Below are positions 1 to 11,533 of a stretch of 64,000 nucleotides of DNA, one piece after another (the first letter of the stretch is position 1; every line of letters begins with the position of its first letter). The position numbers and the translations under genes are program-made. The notes under the pieces are model-generated. The model saw only the letters and a program-made list of their open reading frames with translations. It made no database searches and had not been told where the DNA came from. Source of the stretch: Lytechinus pictus. Its lineage: Eukaryota. Location: the NCBI RefSeq assembly GCF_037042905.1, contig NC_087250.1, forward strand, positions 16,866,001-16,930,000, written 5' to 3'.

Positions 1-1007
1 TCTGGTGTTGATTTAACACCAGCCCGGAATGTATATGTCCACACCAGAGAAATATTGAAACAACACCAGTTTGGAATCAAACTGATGCTGTTTTAATACC
101 AATTGGTGTTGTATAAACACCTTTTGGGTGTTAGACCAAAACCAAACTGGTGTTGTTTAACACTTGTCTGGTGTGGACAAGAGCTCACTTGCAATAGGGG
201 TTAGGTCCATTTTTCATCAAATTCGATTTTTATATCTCAATGTATAGATTTTTAGTAGCTATATAAGATGATACCAAACAAAAGTTGAATTTCATATTAA
301 AAAGTGAACTAAAATGGCAAAGAAAAATCACTTTTTTTTTCAAAAGGGTTTAGGTCCATTTCAGTTTAGTTGCAAAGGGGGTTAGGTCCACACATATTTT
401 TGGAAAAGAATATCTTTAAAAATATGAAGACAGGTAAATTTCTTTTATACCCAATTTTATTTTCTCATGGTAGGGTATCATGAACATTCAGTTTCGCATA
501 AGAATATTGCAATAGGGGAGAATTAAAAAAAAATATTTTCTTGGAGTGGACCTAACCCCTTTTGCAACTAAACTCTTCTGAAGAACTCATTTGTCAAAAG
601 GGGTTAGGTCTATTTTTCATAATTTTTTTTATTGTTTTCTGTCTCTAAACCTCTAAATTTTTTGTAACTCTGATACAAAAGAAAATTTGAAATTCAAATG
701 AAAACGTGAATGAAAGTGGCAAAGAAAAATAACTTTTTTAATTAAAAGAGATTGGATTCATTTCACTTTACTTGCAAAAGGGGTTAGGTCCACAATGATA
801 TTTTTTTGAAAAATATATAGAAAAAAATGAAGACAGGTAGATTTCTTTTATACCCAATTTTATGTTCACATGATAGGGAAGTACATCATGATAATTTAGT
901 TTCTCATAAGAATATTGCAATAAATGAGAATAAAAAACATGTTTTCCAACTAAACTCTTCTATAGATTCCGGGCTGGTGTTAAATCAACACCGGAGTTTT
1001 TTCAGTA
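1..1007. mobile_element. Palindromic MITE (same family as 16552-16811), interrupted by an insertion; left end cut by the window edge
   Basis: GGTGTTGATTTAACACCAGCCCGGAAT at the window start is the inverse of ATTCCGGGCTGGTGTTAAATCAACACC at about 966-992; matches the uninterrupted copy at 16552-16811. Confidence 0.75.
179..960. mobile_element. Tandem dimer of a ~400 bp TIR element nested in the MITE
   Basis: Two similar units (179-578, 580-960) with recurring GCAAAAGGGGTTAGGTCC and its inverse GGACCTAACCCCTTTTGCAACTAAACTCTTC; both units end in AACTAAACTCTTC. Confidence 0.65.
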
Positions 1008-1555
1008 TATGTTCAATGACATATCATTGGTTGGTTTAGAGCCCGCGTTTATTTCGTAAAAGACTATATGCATAATGAGTATTCATGATACGAATGGTAA
1101 AGCTATAAAATATTTTGTCAACGACCTTGTGCTTAAATGGCATGTTCGCGTGTTCGAATCCCAATAAAGGCAAGAAACTATTACGAAAAAAATACATACA
1201 TGTATTTTAAAATAAAAATTCAGGCGAAGCTTTAAACAGCTAGCATAGAAGTAAGTCTTTTAGCTTAAAGTCAGACTCCAAAATTGATTATATGTATTAC
1301 GGAAAGATAAAAAAATGCCTCAAGTTCGTGGAGGGGGTGGCGCCAAATGGGGCAGCTGGTGGGGGGGGGGGGGGGGGCTCAACATGGCCTGTTACCCACG
1401 CACGCCTAGAATGTGCGAATGCCATCAAATGTTGGCGGTAATATTTTTTTTCATTAGGAATATTATTTGTGTGATATCAAGTGTTTTCTTGAGTCGTTTT
1501 TGGTCATGTATGTTCAATTAATATAGATCAGAATGGCATTAAGAATATCAATTAT

Positions 1556-1658
1556 TCGACTGAGACATGCCCTTTTCACTTGACTGATTATCTGAGAACT
1601 AATATTTCTAGGGGGCAATTCGTTGGGATGGTACTCCTAGATCTTCAAAAAGCATTTT
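1556..1658 (+). pseudogene. 5' piece of an old CR1/L2-group LINE RT fragment, split by a nested LINE
   Basis: Translates TETCPFHLTDYLRTNISRGQFVGMVLLDLQKAF, which continues as (D)TVNHGILLKK at 6835. Confidence 0.8.
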
Positions 1659-2003
1659 TTGATTGATTGATTGATTGATTTTATTTCTCATGATAAAAAA
1701 CAATACAAAATATATACATTCAAAATATAAAACGTTAATAATTGAATTACATATATAGAAATCAGGTACATGAATTTGAGATTATAAAAAACTTATAGGA
1801 GAAATATGGGAAAAACCAAAAAGCTACAAGGAGCTTGAAAGGGGTTATTCCCAATTAAAGAATACGATTGCAGAAATACATATACATAACTTGATAAAAT
1901 AACATACAAATAAAGCATAAATAAACTTAACTGTAACTTGCCCAGATAACTCCTAAACACCCCCCCCCCCCCCTTACATGAACAAAATCGACCTATCTTC
2001 CAA

Positions 2004-4979
2004 CTAATATGTAGATAAAATGTGGTATTTTAATTTTCTTTTGAATGCCGATAAAAACGAGTATTGCTTGATCTCGGTGGGAAGTGAATGCCAGACGTCG
2101 GGGCCCCTGTGTCTTATTGATTTAGATGTTAACAAAGTTCGCGGATTTATTAAATGGTAATTTTCTGAGCCTCTTGTGTTATACGAATGAATTTGGTAAT
2201 TACATATGAACATAGAATTGAATTGGGAAGGCAATATCTTATTTTTCAATCTAAACATGAAAAGTGCTGTCTGGATGGTATTTATATCCGCAACCTTTAG
2301 TAATCCAAGCTCTTTAAAAATTGGGTCGGTGTGGGCTAGATAATGAGACCCTGTACACAACCTTACAGCTCTCTTTTGTAATTTGAACAGCATATCTATA
2401 TGTTTGGAATAACAATTTCCCCAGACAATAATACCATATGACAATGAAGACAAGATAAATGAGTTGTACAATAAAATCATCGCCTTAGTGGGAAGGTAGA
2501 ATTTAAGCTTAGACATGATGCCAAGCGTACGTGATACATTAAGTTTAAGGTTTTCAAACTGGGGGTTCCATGTAAGACATTCGTCAAGTAAAATACCTAG
2601 GAACTTCACTGTTGACTTCTTTTCTAAGATAGTATTGTTTGCAATAATGTTATGATTTGGGTTATCGACGATTGGTTTGTTTTTACTGTGAAATACTATA
2701 TAATTGGTCTTACTGATATTGAGCGATAATTTATTAGAACGAAGCCAATTTAATAATTTAGGGAGTTCGGTGTTATACAGAGAAAAAATATTATCCAGAT
2801 TTTCATCAGCGTAAAGTAGGGTTGTGTCGTCAGCAAACAAGACATATTGTAGATTGGGAGAAACATGTGAGATATCATTTACATAAACTAAGAATAAGAG
2901 AGGCCCGAGTATAGACCCTTGTGGGACGCCACATTTCAGATTTAGGATATCGGATTTATGATTGTCAAATTCAGTATATTGTTGCCGGTTGGAAATATAA
3001 TCACTAAACCATCCAAGTGGCGTTCCCCTTACACCACTTTGTTCGAGCTTATGGAGTAGAATTTTATGATTAAGGGTGTCGAATGCCTTGGACAGGTCTA
3101 ACATGACACCTACGACAAATTGCTTTTTGGCGATGGCAGATGTTATTTTATCATATATGTCCAATATTGCCAAATCTGTAGAGTAATTCTTACGAAAACC
3201 ATATTGTGTAGGAAGCAGTAAATCATGTTTAAGTAAGAAAGCATATAATTGATTGTAAACTATCCGTTCGAGAATCTTAGACATACAAGGCAATATTGAA
3301 ATCGGTCGATAATTGTTACATTGATTGCGATCACCCTTTTTGAAAATTGGTATTACCTTTGCCAGTTTGAAGGATTGGGGGAAAGTTCCTGTCGTGAGCG
3401 ACATGTTGAATATATGACATAAAGGATCAGCGATATTATGGATAATCTTTTTTAAAATAAAAGTATTCAATCCTTCGTGACCACATGATTTACTGTTTTT
3501 CAGAGTTTTGGCAATGGATATTATCTCGCTAGGGGTAACATGTTGGAAAAATATTGATTTGCTGCATCTTGGTAATAATGACTCCTTTGGAGACGGCTCA
3601 TTACTACCTGTAGAATCTGATAAATTTACACCGATGTTGACAAAGTAACTATTAAGCATATTAACTAATTCGTTTGGTTCACTAGTTTTTAAGTTATTCA
3701 TATTAAGTTCAGAAGGAAAATCTTTTCCTTTTCTTTTCCCTAGTATCTCGTTTAAAATTGTCCATGTTGCTGAGGTTTGACCGGATGCAGCATGCAATTT
3801 GTTAAAATAATATTGTCTTCGAGAATGCTTAATCAAGGCGTTCAATTTGTTACGATACCTTTTAAACTTATTGTGTAGTGATAAGTCACTTGGATTACGT
3901 ATGTAATTCTTGAATAAGACGTTTTTCCTGGTAATTGATTTAAGTAAACCTTTAGTGATCCACGGTTTACGAATTATATTCCTTCTATTGCCTTTCACAA
4001 GTCGACGTGGGACGTGTTCATTGAATTTTTTAAATAAAATATCAAGAAACAGATCATAGGCCTTATCGACATCATTTTGCACTTCAAAAACTACTGACCA
4101 CTTCTCTTTGCAAAGAGCATTATTCAATTCTTTAATTTCTTCTGGCGTATTTTTTCTAAAATAAGTAGGCCCTTGTTTAGGATTATTGATTATTGTTGGG
4201 TGACTGTGTGTTTTATGAAAAGCGAAGACTGGCATGTGGTCGGAGACGTCCGAATATAGTATTCCACTTTGAAGATTTTCAGATAAAGAACTTGTAAAAA
4301 CATTATCAAGCAGGGTTTGTGAGGAGCCAACAACGCGTGTCGGCTTGTCTATTAATGGATACAATGCATACGAATGAAGAAAATTGGTAAATGTGCCACT
4401 AATTCGAGAATCTGAAGATTGGAGGTTGATGTTAAAATCTCCAAGGAGAAAGATTTCTTTACCCCCTCGAGTAAAAGAACTTAAAAGAGGATCAAGGTAT
4501 TCAATGAAATCGTCTATGACAGTAGATGGGGGACGATACGTTACACCGACTATGACGTTCTTTTTATTCCCGTTGTTCTTAATTTCAATGAAAAGAGATT
4601 GGAAGTCGGGAGAAAGGGAGGTGTCGTTGAAAAAATGAAAAGAGATATCATCCTTAACGTACAAAACAACTCCACCTCCACGGCCAGTCTTTCTATCTGC
4701 ACGAAGCATTTTGTAGCCTTCGAGTTCTAACAATTGACATGGGGATTGAGCATGAAGCCATGATTCGCTTACACAGATAACAGAGAAACTATGTCTAAAA
4801 GAACACAAAAGACTCTGGATTTTATCTATATTACACGATAAGCTCCGGGCATTGAGGTGAAGAAGGCTTAAATCTGATGAACTAATTGGTACATCATTAA
4901 GTTTGCTCGGTAAGTAGTATTGGCATTCTTTGATATCGATTAAATCTGGAGGAGTATTAAGTAGTTCAGAGTCGATCAT
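2004..4979 (-). CDS. LINE ORF2: APE endonuclease plus reverse transcriptase (991 aa)
   Basis: EN motifs HLNARSL, SESWL, YRPP, GDFN, LDN, SDH; RT motifs QYGFR, DLSKAFD, GVPQGSILGP, FADDT. Confidence 0.95.
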   Translation of the reverse strand: MIDSELLNTPPDLIDIKECQYYLPSKLNDVPISSSDLSLLHLNARSLSCNIDKIQSLLCSFRHSFSVICVSESWLHAQSPCQLLELEGYKMLRADRKTGRGGGVVLYVKDDISFHFFNDTSLSPDFQSLFIEIKNNGNKKNVIVGVTYRPPSTVIDDFIEYLDPLLSSFTRGGKEIFLLGDFNINLQSSDSRISGTFTNFLHSYALYPLIDKPTRVVGSSQTLLDNVFTSSLSENLQSGILYSDVSDHMPVFAFHKTHSHPTIINNPKQGPTYFRKNTPEEIKELNNALCKEKWSVVFEVQNDVDKAYDLFLDILFKKFNEHVPRRLVKGNRRNIIRKPWITKGLLKSITRKNVLFKNYIRNPSDLSLHNKFKRYRNKLNALIKHSRRQYYFNKLHAASGQTSATWTILNEILGKRKGKDFPSELNMNNLKTSEPNELVNMLNSYFVNIGVNLSDSTGSNEPSPKESLLPRCSKSIFFQHVTPSEIISIAKTLKNSKSCGHEGLNTFILKKIIHNIADPLCHIFNMSLTTGTFPQSFKLAKVIPIFKKGDRNQCNNYRPISILPCMSKILERIVYNQLYAFLLKHDLLLPTQYGFRKNYSTDLAILDIYDKITSAIAKKQFVVGVMLDLSKAFDTLNHKILLHKLEQSGVRGTPLGWFSDYISNRQQYTEFDNHKSDILNLKCGVPQGSILGPLLFLVYVNDISHVSPNLQYVLFADDTTLLYADENLDNIFSLYNTELPKLLNWLRSNKLSLNISKTNYIVFHSKNKPIVDNPNHNIIANNTILEKKSTVKFLGILLDECLTWNPQFENLKLNVSRTLGIMSKLKFYLPTKAMILLYNSFILSSLSYGIIVWGNCYSKHIDMLFKLQKRAVRLCTGSHYLAHTDPIFKELGLLKVADINTIQTALFMFRLKNKILPSQFNSMFICNYQIHSYNTRGSENYHLINPRTLLTSKSIRHRGPDVWHSLPTEIKQYSFLSAFKRKLKYHILSTY

Positions 4980-5570
4980 TAAACAATTGTGATGGATAAG
5001 TGAAGACTAAGGTCAAATTCTAACTTAAAGATTTGGAAAATACAATGCTGTGGAAGAAAGGTTCCCTTGATAGGGGTACTAACTTTAAAAATATACAGTA
5101 CAATACGTGTGGGCTACTGAAGCTTGAAATGCCAAACTTAAAGGTTACAAGTGAGAAAAAAAAAATATATATATAAGATGAAACAAGAATCGATTAAACA
5201 AAGGTGATCGATGACATAAAAAGTATTACAATGGATAATATAAAATATTGAACCTATTACAAAACGGAAATCTGAATTTATATAACTGTGGATTTGGAGG
5301 AATCTGGATGTGCAGATAATTGATTTCGTCAAGTGCCGACAAATTGGTGAGGTAATAATGGAGTAATACCAATAATAGTTATATTTTACTTATATACAAT
5401 ATAAAAAATAGTAATGTAAATGAATTCATTTTAAGGCAGAAGTAATTATATCAATAATAGACATTGGTAGTATAGTCAATGTTGTGTTGATAGCAGAGTT
5501 TATACCATGCGAATAGGCGTGTTATCCGTTATCGGACAACAATATTGTATTGATGTTTAGAGTTTAATGT

Positions 5571-6419
5571 TTAGAGTTTAATCAAGTCACTCTCTCTGTG
5601 TATTTTCCTTTTCATAGTGATTTTCTCATCTGTTGTTTTCACTGCAGCGAGTATGCGACCATCAATAGTCCATGCTGCATTCACTTTTTCATGTTTGCTT
5701 GTTTTTTGGAGTAGATTTAAGTTCTGTAGCGTCAAATCTTCCTGGATAGAGACACCAGTTCCTTTGAGTTTCTTTTTGTTGATCATGAACATCCTTTTGT
5801 CTCTGTATGAACATAGCTTGACAATTATAGGTTTGGGCTTCTTGGGGTCCTTCTGCTGCACACGGTGAGATCGATCAATGTCGCGCACTGTCAGCTGAAA
5901 TCCAAGTTTTTTGGTGGCGATGTCGACTGCGATTTGATCGGTGTCCTCGTTTGTTTGCTCCTTGATGCCGAATATGCGAATGCTGTTTCTTCGTGTGTAT
6001 TGTTCAAGATCATTTAACTGTCTTCCGATCTCTTCCCTTTTCGTTGTTTCCATTTCCACAGATTTTTTCATCGATTGTATTTCTTTATTCTTATTCTCAA
6101 GGTCACATTGAAGATCGAGTATTGTGGATTCGTATTTTTCAAGTTGATCTTCCAGACTTTCACATTTCTTACAGACAACTTTCTCCATAGTTTTCAGACA
6201 CACATATTCTAACGTTTCCATGAACTCTTTACTCTTCAGGAGGTCCAATAGCAGTTGTCGTACAACTGGTTCCTGACCGGGAGTAAGATCAGTTAAAGAT
6301 ATTGGTTCATCACACACACTTTCTTCTTCTTTTTCATTCACATTTACTTTGTTTCTTTCAGATCTTGTGTTTCTGGTACTCCTTCCACCACCAGATCTTT
6401 TAGACGTGTCATTTGACAT
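5571..6419 (-). CDS. LINE ORF1: coiled coil plus RRM-like nucleic-acid-binding protein (282 aa)
   Basis: Basic N-terminus, heptad-rich segment, LEQYTRRNSIRIFGIKE, IDRSHR, PKPIIVK and EDLT motifs typical of L1-type ORF1 proteins. Confidence 0.88.
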   Translation of the reverse strand: MSNDTSKRSGGGRSTRNTRSERNKVNVNEKEEESVCDEPISLTDLTPGQEPVVRQLLLDLLKSKEFMETLEYVCLKTMEKVVCKKCESLEDQLEKYESTILDLQCDLENKNKEIQSMKKSVEMETTKREEIGRQLNDLEQYTRRNSIRIFGIKEQTNEDTDQIAVDIATKKLGFQLTVRDIDRSHRVQQKDPKKPKPIIVKLCSYRDKRMFMINKKKLKGTGVSIQEDLTLQNLNLLQKTSKHEKVNAAWTIDGRILAAVKTTDEKITMKRKIHRESDLIKL

Positions 6420-6799
6420 AATGTTATGTGTGCCAATGCACAGTGATGCGATGCGAGAATAAACACAATAGAGTACACGATCGATAGACTACACGTAGTA
6501 TATATATTACAGTGTATAGTGAAAGTGGTGCGGACCATATACTCACTATAAGTCTTGCGTATATGGGACTATCAGCGTGCACATACGGAGCAAATATGGA
6601 TCGGCCCTTGACTTTTTAATGATTATCTCCTCCAAATCCTGAAAAAGTTCCAAGTTGAAATCACAGTGATGGTGGTCCAAAGAGTTAACCAAAATTCATG
6701 TTCTCTATCTCAACTGGATATATCAAGAGTTTTTCCGGTATTTGGAGAGAATTACAGGATCCTAGCTAGTAGAGCATGTTACTCGCATTCGCATTCACG

Positions 6800-6834
<35 letters not shown>

Positions 6835-6839
<5 letters not shown>

Positions 6840-8481
6840 GTTAATCATGGCATCTTATTGAAAAAAATACAAACAATGGGTTTTAAACAGGTTACTGTAC
6901 ATAGCATGGTTCAAATCCTACTTGTCGAATCGACATCAAGTAGTGGCTATTCGCGATATTCGTTCCAAAATTATGCCTATAACGCGTAGAGTTCCACAGG
7001 GAAGTATTTTAGGCCCAATTCTATTTTCAACTTATATCCATGACATGTCTATTTGTATAAAAGCTGACTGTAAATTATTATTGTATGCTGATGATAGCGT
7101 ACTACTTTGTTCAAATTCCAACCCAAAATTTGTTGAGGAAAAACTTAGCAAACAGCTGTCTACATGTGTCGATTGGATGACTGATAATAGATTATCGTTA
7201 CACTTAGGCAAAACCGAGAGCATTCTGTTTTGTTCTGAAAGTAGTTATAAAACGTCATTTTAATTTAAAGTGACATACAATAATAAGATAAATCAGAGGT
7301 AAAAATATGTAAAGTATTTAGGCATTGAGCTGACCAGCTCCCTTTCATTTTCATCTTTAGTAGAATCAATCGTAAAAAAAGGCGAATGCCCGTTTGAAAT
7401 TTCTGTACAGGTATCAAAGCTGTATGGATCAGAAAGCAAGGCGCCTTCTCTGTTTTGCTCTTATTCAGAGTTTATTTGACTATGCTAACCCTGCTTGGTT
7501 TAGTGGCATAAGCGAACTCGATAAAAAGAAGTTGAAAATTATACAGAATAAAATGGTTAGATTCATTAACTGTTCTGGTCCCAGAACCCATGTTGGCTAC
7601 ACCAAACTCTCTGGAGCAGGTTTTCTTGAAGTCAACAAAAGATCAAAACAGCTTATTTTGCACCACGTGCATAAAATCTATCACAATATATCGAATCATT
7701 ATATTGGATCAAACTTTAATCTAGTTACCGAATTACATAAATATAATACAAGAAACAGCCATTTCAACTTTTGCTTACCAGAAAGGGTAGGTAGTATTGG
7801 TAACTCCTTTTATCACAATGCTATAAAACATTGGAATTCTCTTCCCGATGATATAAAGGAAATAGGAAACTTTTTGCATTTCAAGAGGAAATTGAAAGAA
7901 TACCTTTCACTTGAGAGTCAAAGAGAAGATGCAAATGATATGTTATACTGTTGATTTAGCCTGAATACTGACCACGTTCTTTTCTCTTCTCTACCAGGTA
8001 TTATTATTTATTTGACATAGTTTTATTGAAGTTTCGATATGTCCTTTCTTCTATTCTTTCTATTTCTTTTCTGTCTTCCTTCTATTCTCCTCTTCGTGTT
8101 ATTGTTGTCGCTGTTCGCTGCTGTTCTTCTCCTTATTCTTTTTCTTCCTCATCCTTTTTCTTCTGTAATTCTCCTTCTCCTCCTCATCCCTTTTCTTCTT
8201 CTATTCCTCCTCCTTCTGTTCTTCTTCTTCTTCGTTACATTTTTGTATACATGATCTCTATATCTTAGTTATTGATAATAGTAAATTCTGATTTTTTTTC
8301 TTCATCTTTTTTAAATATGTAAATAGTATAATTTTACCATCATATTATCTTAATTCTATATGCCGAGGACCCCACTGGAAATAAGCTTTCGAGGGTCATC
8401 CTGTGCAAGCCTGTTGTTTTTTAATGCTACTGTATATATGTTATGGTGACTTGCGAAATAAAATAAATAAACCAATCAATT
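6835..8481 (+). pseudogene. 3' piece of the old CR1/L2-group LINE: degenerate RT, C-terminus and 3' UTR
   Basis: Frameshifted pieces TVNHGILLKK, VPQGSILGPILF, YADDS, LSLHLGKTE, HWNSLP; 3' UTR with CTT-rich tract, then AATAAA and an AATC-like tail. Confidence 0.88.
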
Positions 8482-9193
8482 TAAAGGCACTTACGGTATG
8501 TCACAATGCAACGAACTGTCACGCTCTCGGTGTTACTTCTTTTTTTCCCTCTTCTTCTTCTTTTCATTTTCTTCTTTTGTTGTTGTTCTTTTTTTTTGTC
8601 TCGCCCACCGGAGGTGAGGGCGAGACTTAGGGATCCAAATGTCGTCCGTCGTCCGTCCGTCACAAACCAATGAGGACACATAACTCCACAACCGTAAGTC
8701 GCTTTTCAACCAAGCTTGGATGGTAGATGGACTTGGGGGACCTGCATGTTATGCTGCAGTCGGAGGTCACATGGGAAGGTCAAAGGTCATTTTCAGGTCA
8801 ACGTTAAAGTTTACATGCAAGACTCTTTTATGACACCTAACTCTGCAACAGTAAGTCACTTTTCAACCAATCTTGGATGGTAGATGGACTTGGGGACCTG
8901 CATGTTATGGTGCAGTCGGAGGTCACATGGTAAAGTGAAAGGTCATTTTCAGGTCAACGTTAAAGTTTACATGCAAGACTCTCTTATGACACCTAACTCC
9001 GCAACCGTAAGTCACTTTTCAACCAAACTTGGATGGTAGGTGGACTTGGGGGACCTGTATGTTATGCTGCAGTCGGAGGTCACATGGCAAGGTCAAAGGT
9101 CATTTTCAGGTCAACGTTAAAGTTTACATGCAAGACTCTCTTATGACACCTAACTCCGCAACTGTAAGTCACTTTTCAACCAAACTTAGATGG

Positions 9194-10621
9194 CACTGGC
9201 GTAAATCCGTGTTGATGGGTGGGGGGGATGACTGAAATATTTTGGCATTTTTTTGCAATCATGTTTTTAGATATGCAAGGAATTGTCATTGATATGTCCA
9301 CAGTGGCGTACCGTGGGTCACGGCATGGGGGGGGGGGCACCAGCAAAATTTTTGAGTCACTGAGTGAGTGACCTAATAAGAGACATTTTAAGGACAATGT
9401 CATTAAACGGATATGTATCTCACTGATCAAATAATGCGAGCGCGAAGCGCGAGCTGATTTTTTTTTATATTCACACCTAAAAAGGGACATTATAATCAAA
9501 TTTGTATAATCATGAAAGGTACCTGTCTCGCTAAACAATGCGAGCGCGAAGCGCGAGCTGAAAACTTAGATAATTCAGACCTGAAGTGGGGCATTCTAAG
9601 GTTTCTTTGTAGGAATTAACTAGGACCATTCGTATTTCATTAACCAAATGATGCGAGCGCGAAGCGCGAGCTGAAAATTTTTGATATTCAGATCAGAAGA
9701 AGGGACATTTTAAGGACTGATTTTAGGAATTCATGAAGAGCAGACATATCTCACCAATTAATGCGAACGTAATCACGGACAGGAAATATTTCATATATAT
9801 GAAGACCTTAACATGGGGCAATCACCTTTGAGTCATGAAAAAGAAGCATATGTCACAACATAAAACAATGATAACTCTAGTGCTAGGAAATATATTTGGT
9901 TTATGTTGACTTGAAAACGGGATGTTTTAGTACAACAGGATTATATCTCGTTAAATAGACAATGCGAGCACCAGGAACAATGAAGACGTAGGCCCTAGGC
10001 AAATTATGTTTCATAAAGTTATGATAAAAATGTTTCTTATGTAATGTAACATAACATAATTATAATATAATATAACATTATAATGAATAACATTTTCTTC
10101 TTTCCCACTACGTTTCTCTTCCTTTCCCCCTCTTTTCTCCTTTTCCCCCTTTCCCCCGGGGATGTGCCCCCCCCCCCATAGTTACGCCACTGCATGTCCA
10201 TATGGCAAATACCCCTCCAATATTATTATCTTTTTTACCCCATGATGGTTTAATGGTTTTATTTGAGATTACATTTAAAAAAATTTGACATTCCATCTTA
10301 ATCCCTTCCCAAAGACCCCAACATTGATGAATTCGAAGAAACGGGGGTTTCTCTTCAATGTTATAATAAGGACATAAGTATTTCGTTTGGAAATGGTGAA
10401 CTGGCTCTTTATTTGCATTTTATGATTCAATAATATTGTTTTATTTGTTAAGCGGTATTTTTTGAAGAATTTTCACCAATAAAACAATTATCTCTTGTGA
10501 TTTTTTTTTCATTTCTTTCGTAAAAAGTGGGGGGGGGGGGGATGTTTGTACAGGCCATCCCCCCCTCCTCGAAAAGTGGGGGGGATATATCCCCCCATCC
10601 CCCCCGGGATTTACGCCAGTG
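9194..10621. mobile_element. hAT-like MITE nested in the HINE repeat array
   Basis: TIR CACTGGCGTAAATCC / GGATTTACGCCAGTG; imperfect 8 bp flanks TTAGATGG / GTAGATGT; host repeat resumes after it. Confidence 0.75.
9301..10192. mobile_element. hAT-like MITE with internal GCGAGCGCGAAGCGCGAGC repeats
   Basis: TIR CAGTGGCGTA / TACGCCACTG; 8 bp TSD TATGTCCA / CATGTCCA; same family as 15121-16399. Confidence 0.85.
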
Positions 10622-11212
10622 GTAGATGTTAAGATGTACTTAGGCGACCTGCATGTTATGCTGCCGTCGGAGGTCACAAGGTCATTTTCAGGGCAACATT
10701 AAAGTTTACGAGCAAGACTCTTATGACAAGTGTTATTCCATCCCAGTCTGTTAACAATGAAGTTTCGATACAATTCTGTTGCGTGCCCTCGCAAATCACG
10801 ATATTTCTGGGGTTTTTTCATAAGTGGGCGAGACACAAAATCGCTTTTGCCTTGTCTTCTTCTTTTTCTTCTTCTTCCTCTTATTTTTTCCTTTTTTTTT
10901 TCTTCTTCTTCTCGGGTCACTACAAAAAGTCCTGTCCAGTTGAGGGTACAAATACGTAGCATGGCTTTCCTGATTTTATTTTCCATGTGAGTCTAAATGT
11001 AGCAAAATGGATTTACTAGTTGAATGTTTCGTAGACCAACGTTGTCAAAAATTTGAATTACAAAAGTGTGGCCAATCAACTGAAATTAGTGACATTATAT
11101 GAAAATAGGATGTTTTCTAAAACAAAAATGTGAAAAAAATAATAATGATATTACAAAGAATGGTTAAAAAATAATGTTTTTTTCTGAACAATTTGGATTC
11201 TAGCTTGTCAAC

Positions 11213-11464
11213 ATGCAGTTTCTCATCGTTGTGGCGCTGATCGCCGTAGCCATCTCTGGGTTGCCGAACGCGTGGGGTCAGTCATGTAGCTGCCCGGACG
11301 GTTGGACTAGATTCAACACAGATTGCTATCAGTATTTTTGCACTCTAAAGACCTGGCAAGAGGCACAGAACTCCTGCGAAGCCCATGGAGCCAACCTCGT
11401 CTCGATCCATAGTGACTGTGAGAACGCGTTCGCCTACGATCTTATCGATTCATGCTCGCCCCAG
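11213..11464 (+). CDS. First coding exon of a secreted C-type lectin (signal peptide plus N-terminal half of the CTLD)
   Basis: MQFLIVVALIAVAISG signal, then CPDGW..CYQYF..TWQEAQNSC...ANLVSIHS..EN; AG acceptor at 11202-11203, CAG|GTGAGT donor at 11465. Confidence 0.88.
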
Positions 11465-11533
11465 GTGAGTAGACCTACATCTTGCCATTTTAAAGTCCTG
11501 CCTGGGTTAAAAGGTGAGCGACCAACCGATTAG

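Larger units (their letters stand above)
1661..6803 (-). mobile_element. Full-length CR1/L2-group LINE with intact ORF1 and ORF2
   Basis: Two open ORFs and a 591 nt spacer; 3' UTR ends in AATAAA plus an (AATC)n tail (GATT repeats at 1661-1680). Confidence 0.9.
8598..10855 (+). mobile_element. Helentron-associated (HINE/pearl-like) non-autonomous element with internal ~157 bp tandem repeats
   Basis: Follows a T-run; 5' GTCTCGCCC...GGGCGAGAC hairpin, (GTCC)n microsatellite, 156-157 bp repeats from 8681, 3' subterminal GGGCGAGAC at about 10826 and a terminal CAAAA..TTTTG stem-loop. Confidence 0.7.

Noticed and set aside
190..800. GGGTTAGG motifs as telomeric repeats
   Set aside because: Isolated motifs inside a TIR element, not tandem TTAGGG
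4977..4981. TAATG stop-start overlap at ORF2 (and ATGA at 56305) as translational coupling
   Set aside because: The upstream frames are not ORF1, and such overlaps are common by chance in AT-rich DNA
8026..8268. Hydrophobic or Ser-rich ORFs (also 48133-48499, 23258-23995, 42146-42406)
   Set aside because: Translations of CTT, GA, TA and TAA microsatellites
8681..9190. Regular repeats as a CRISPR-like array
   Set aside because: Whole 157 bp units repeat with no unique spacers; eukaryotic transposon context
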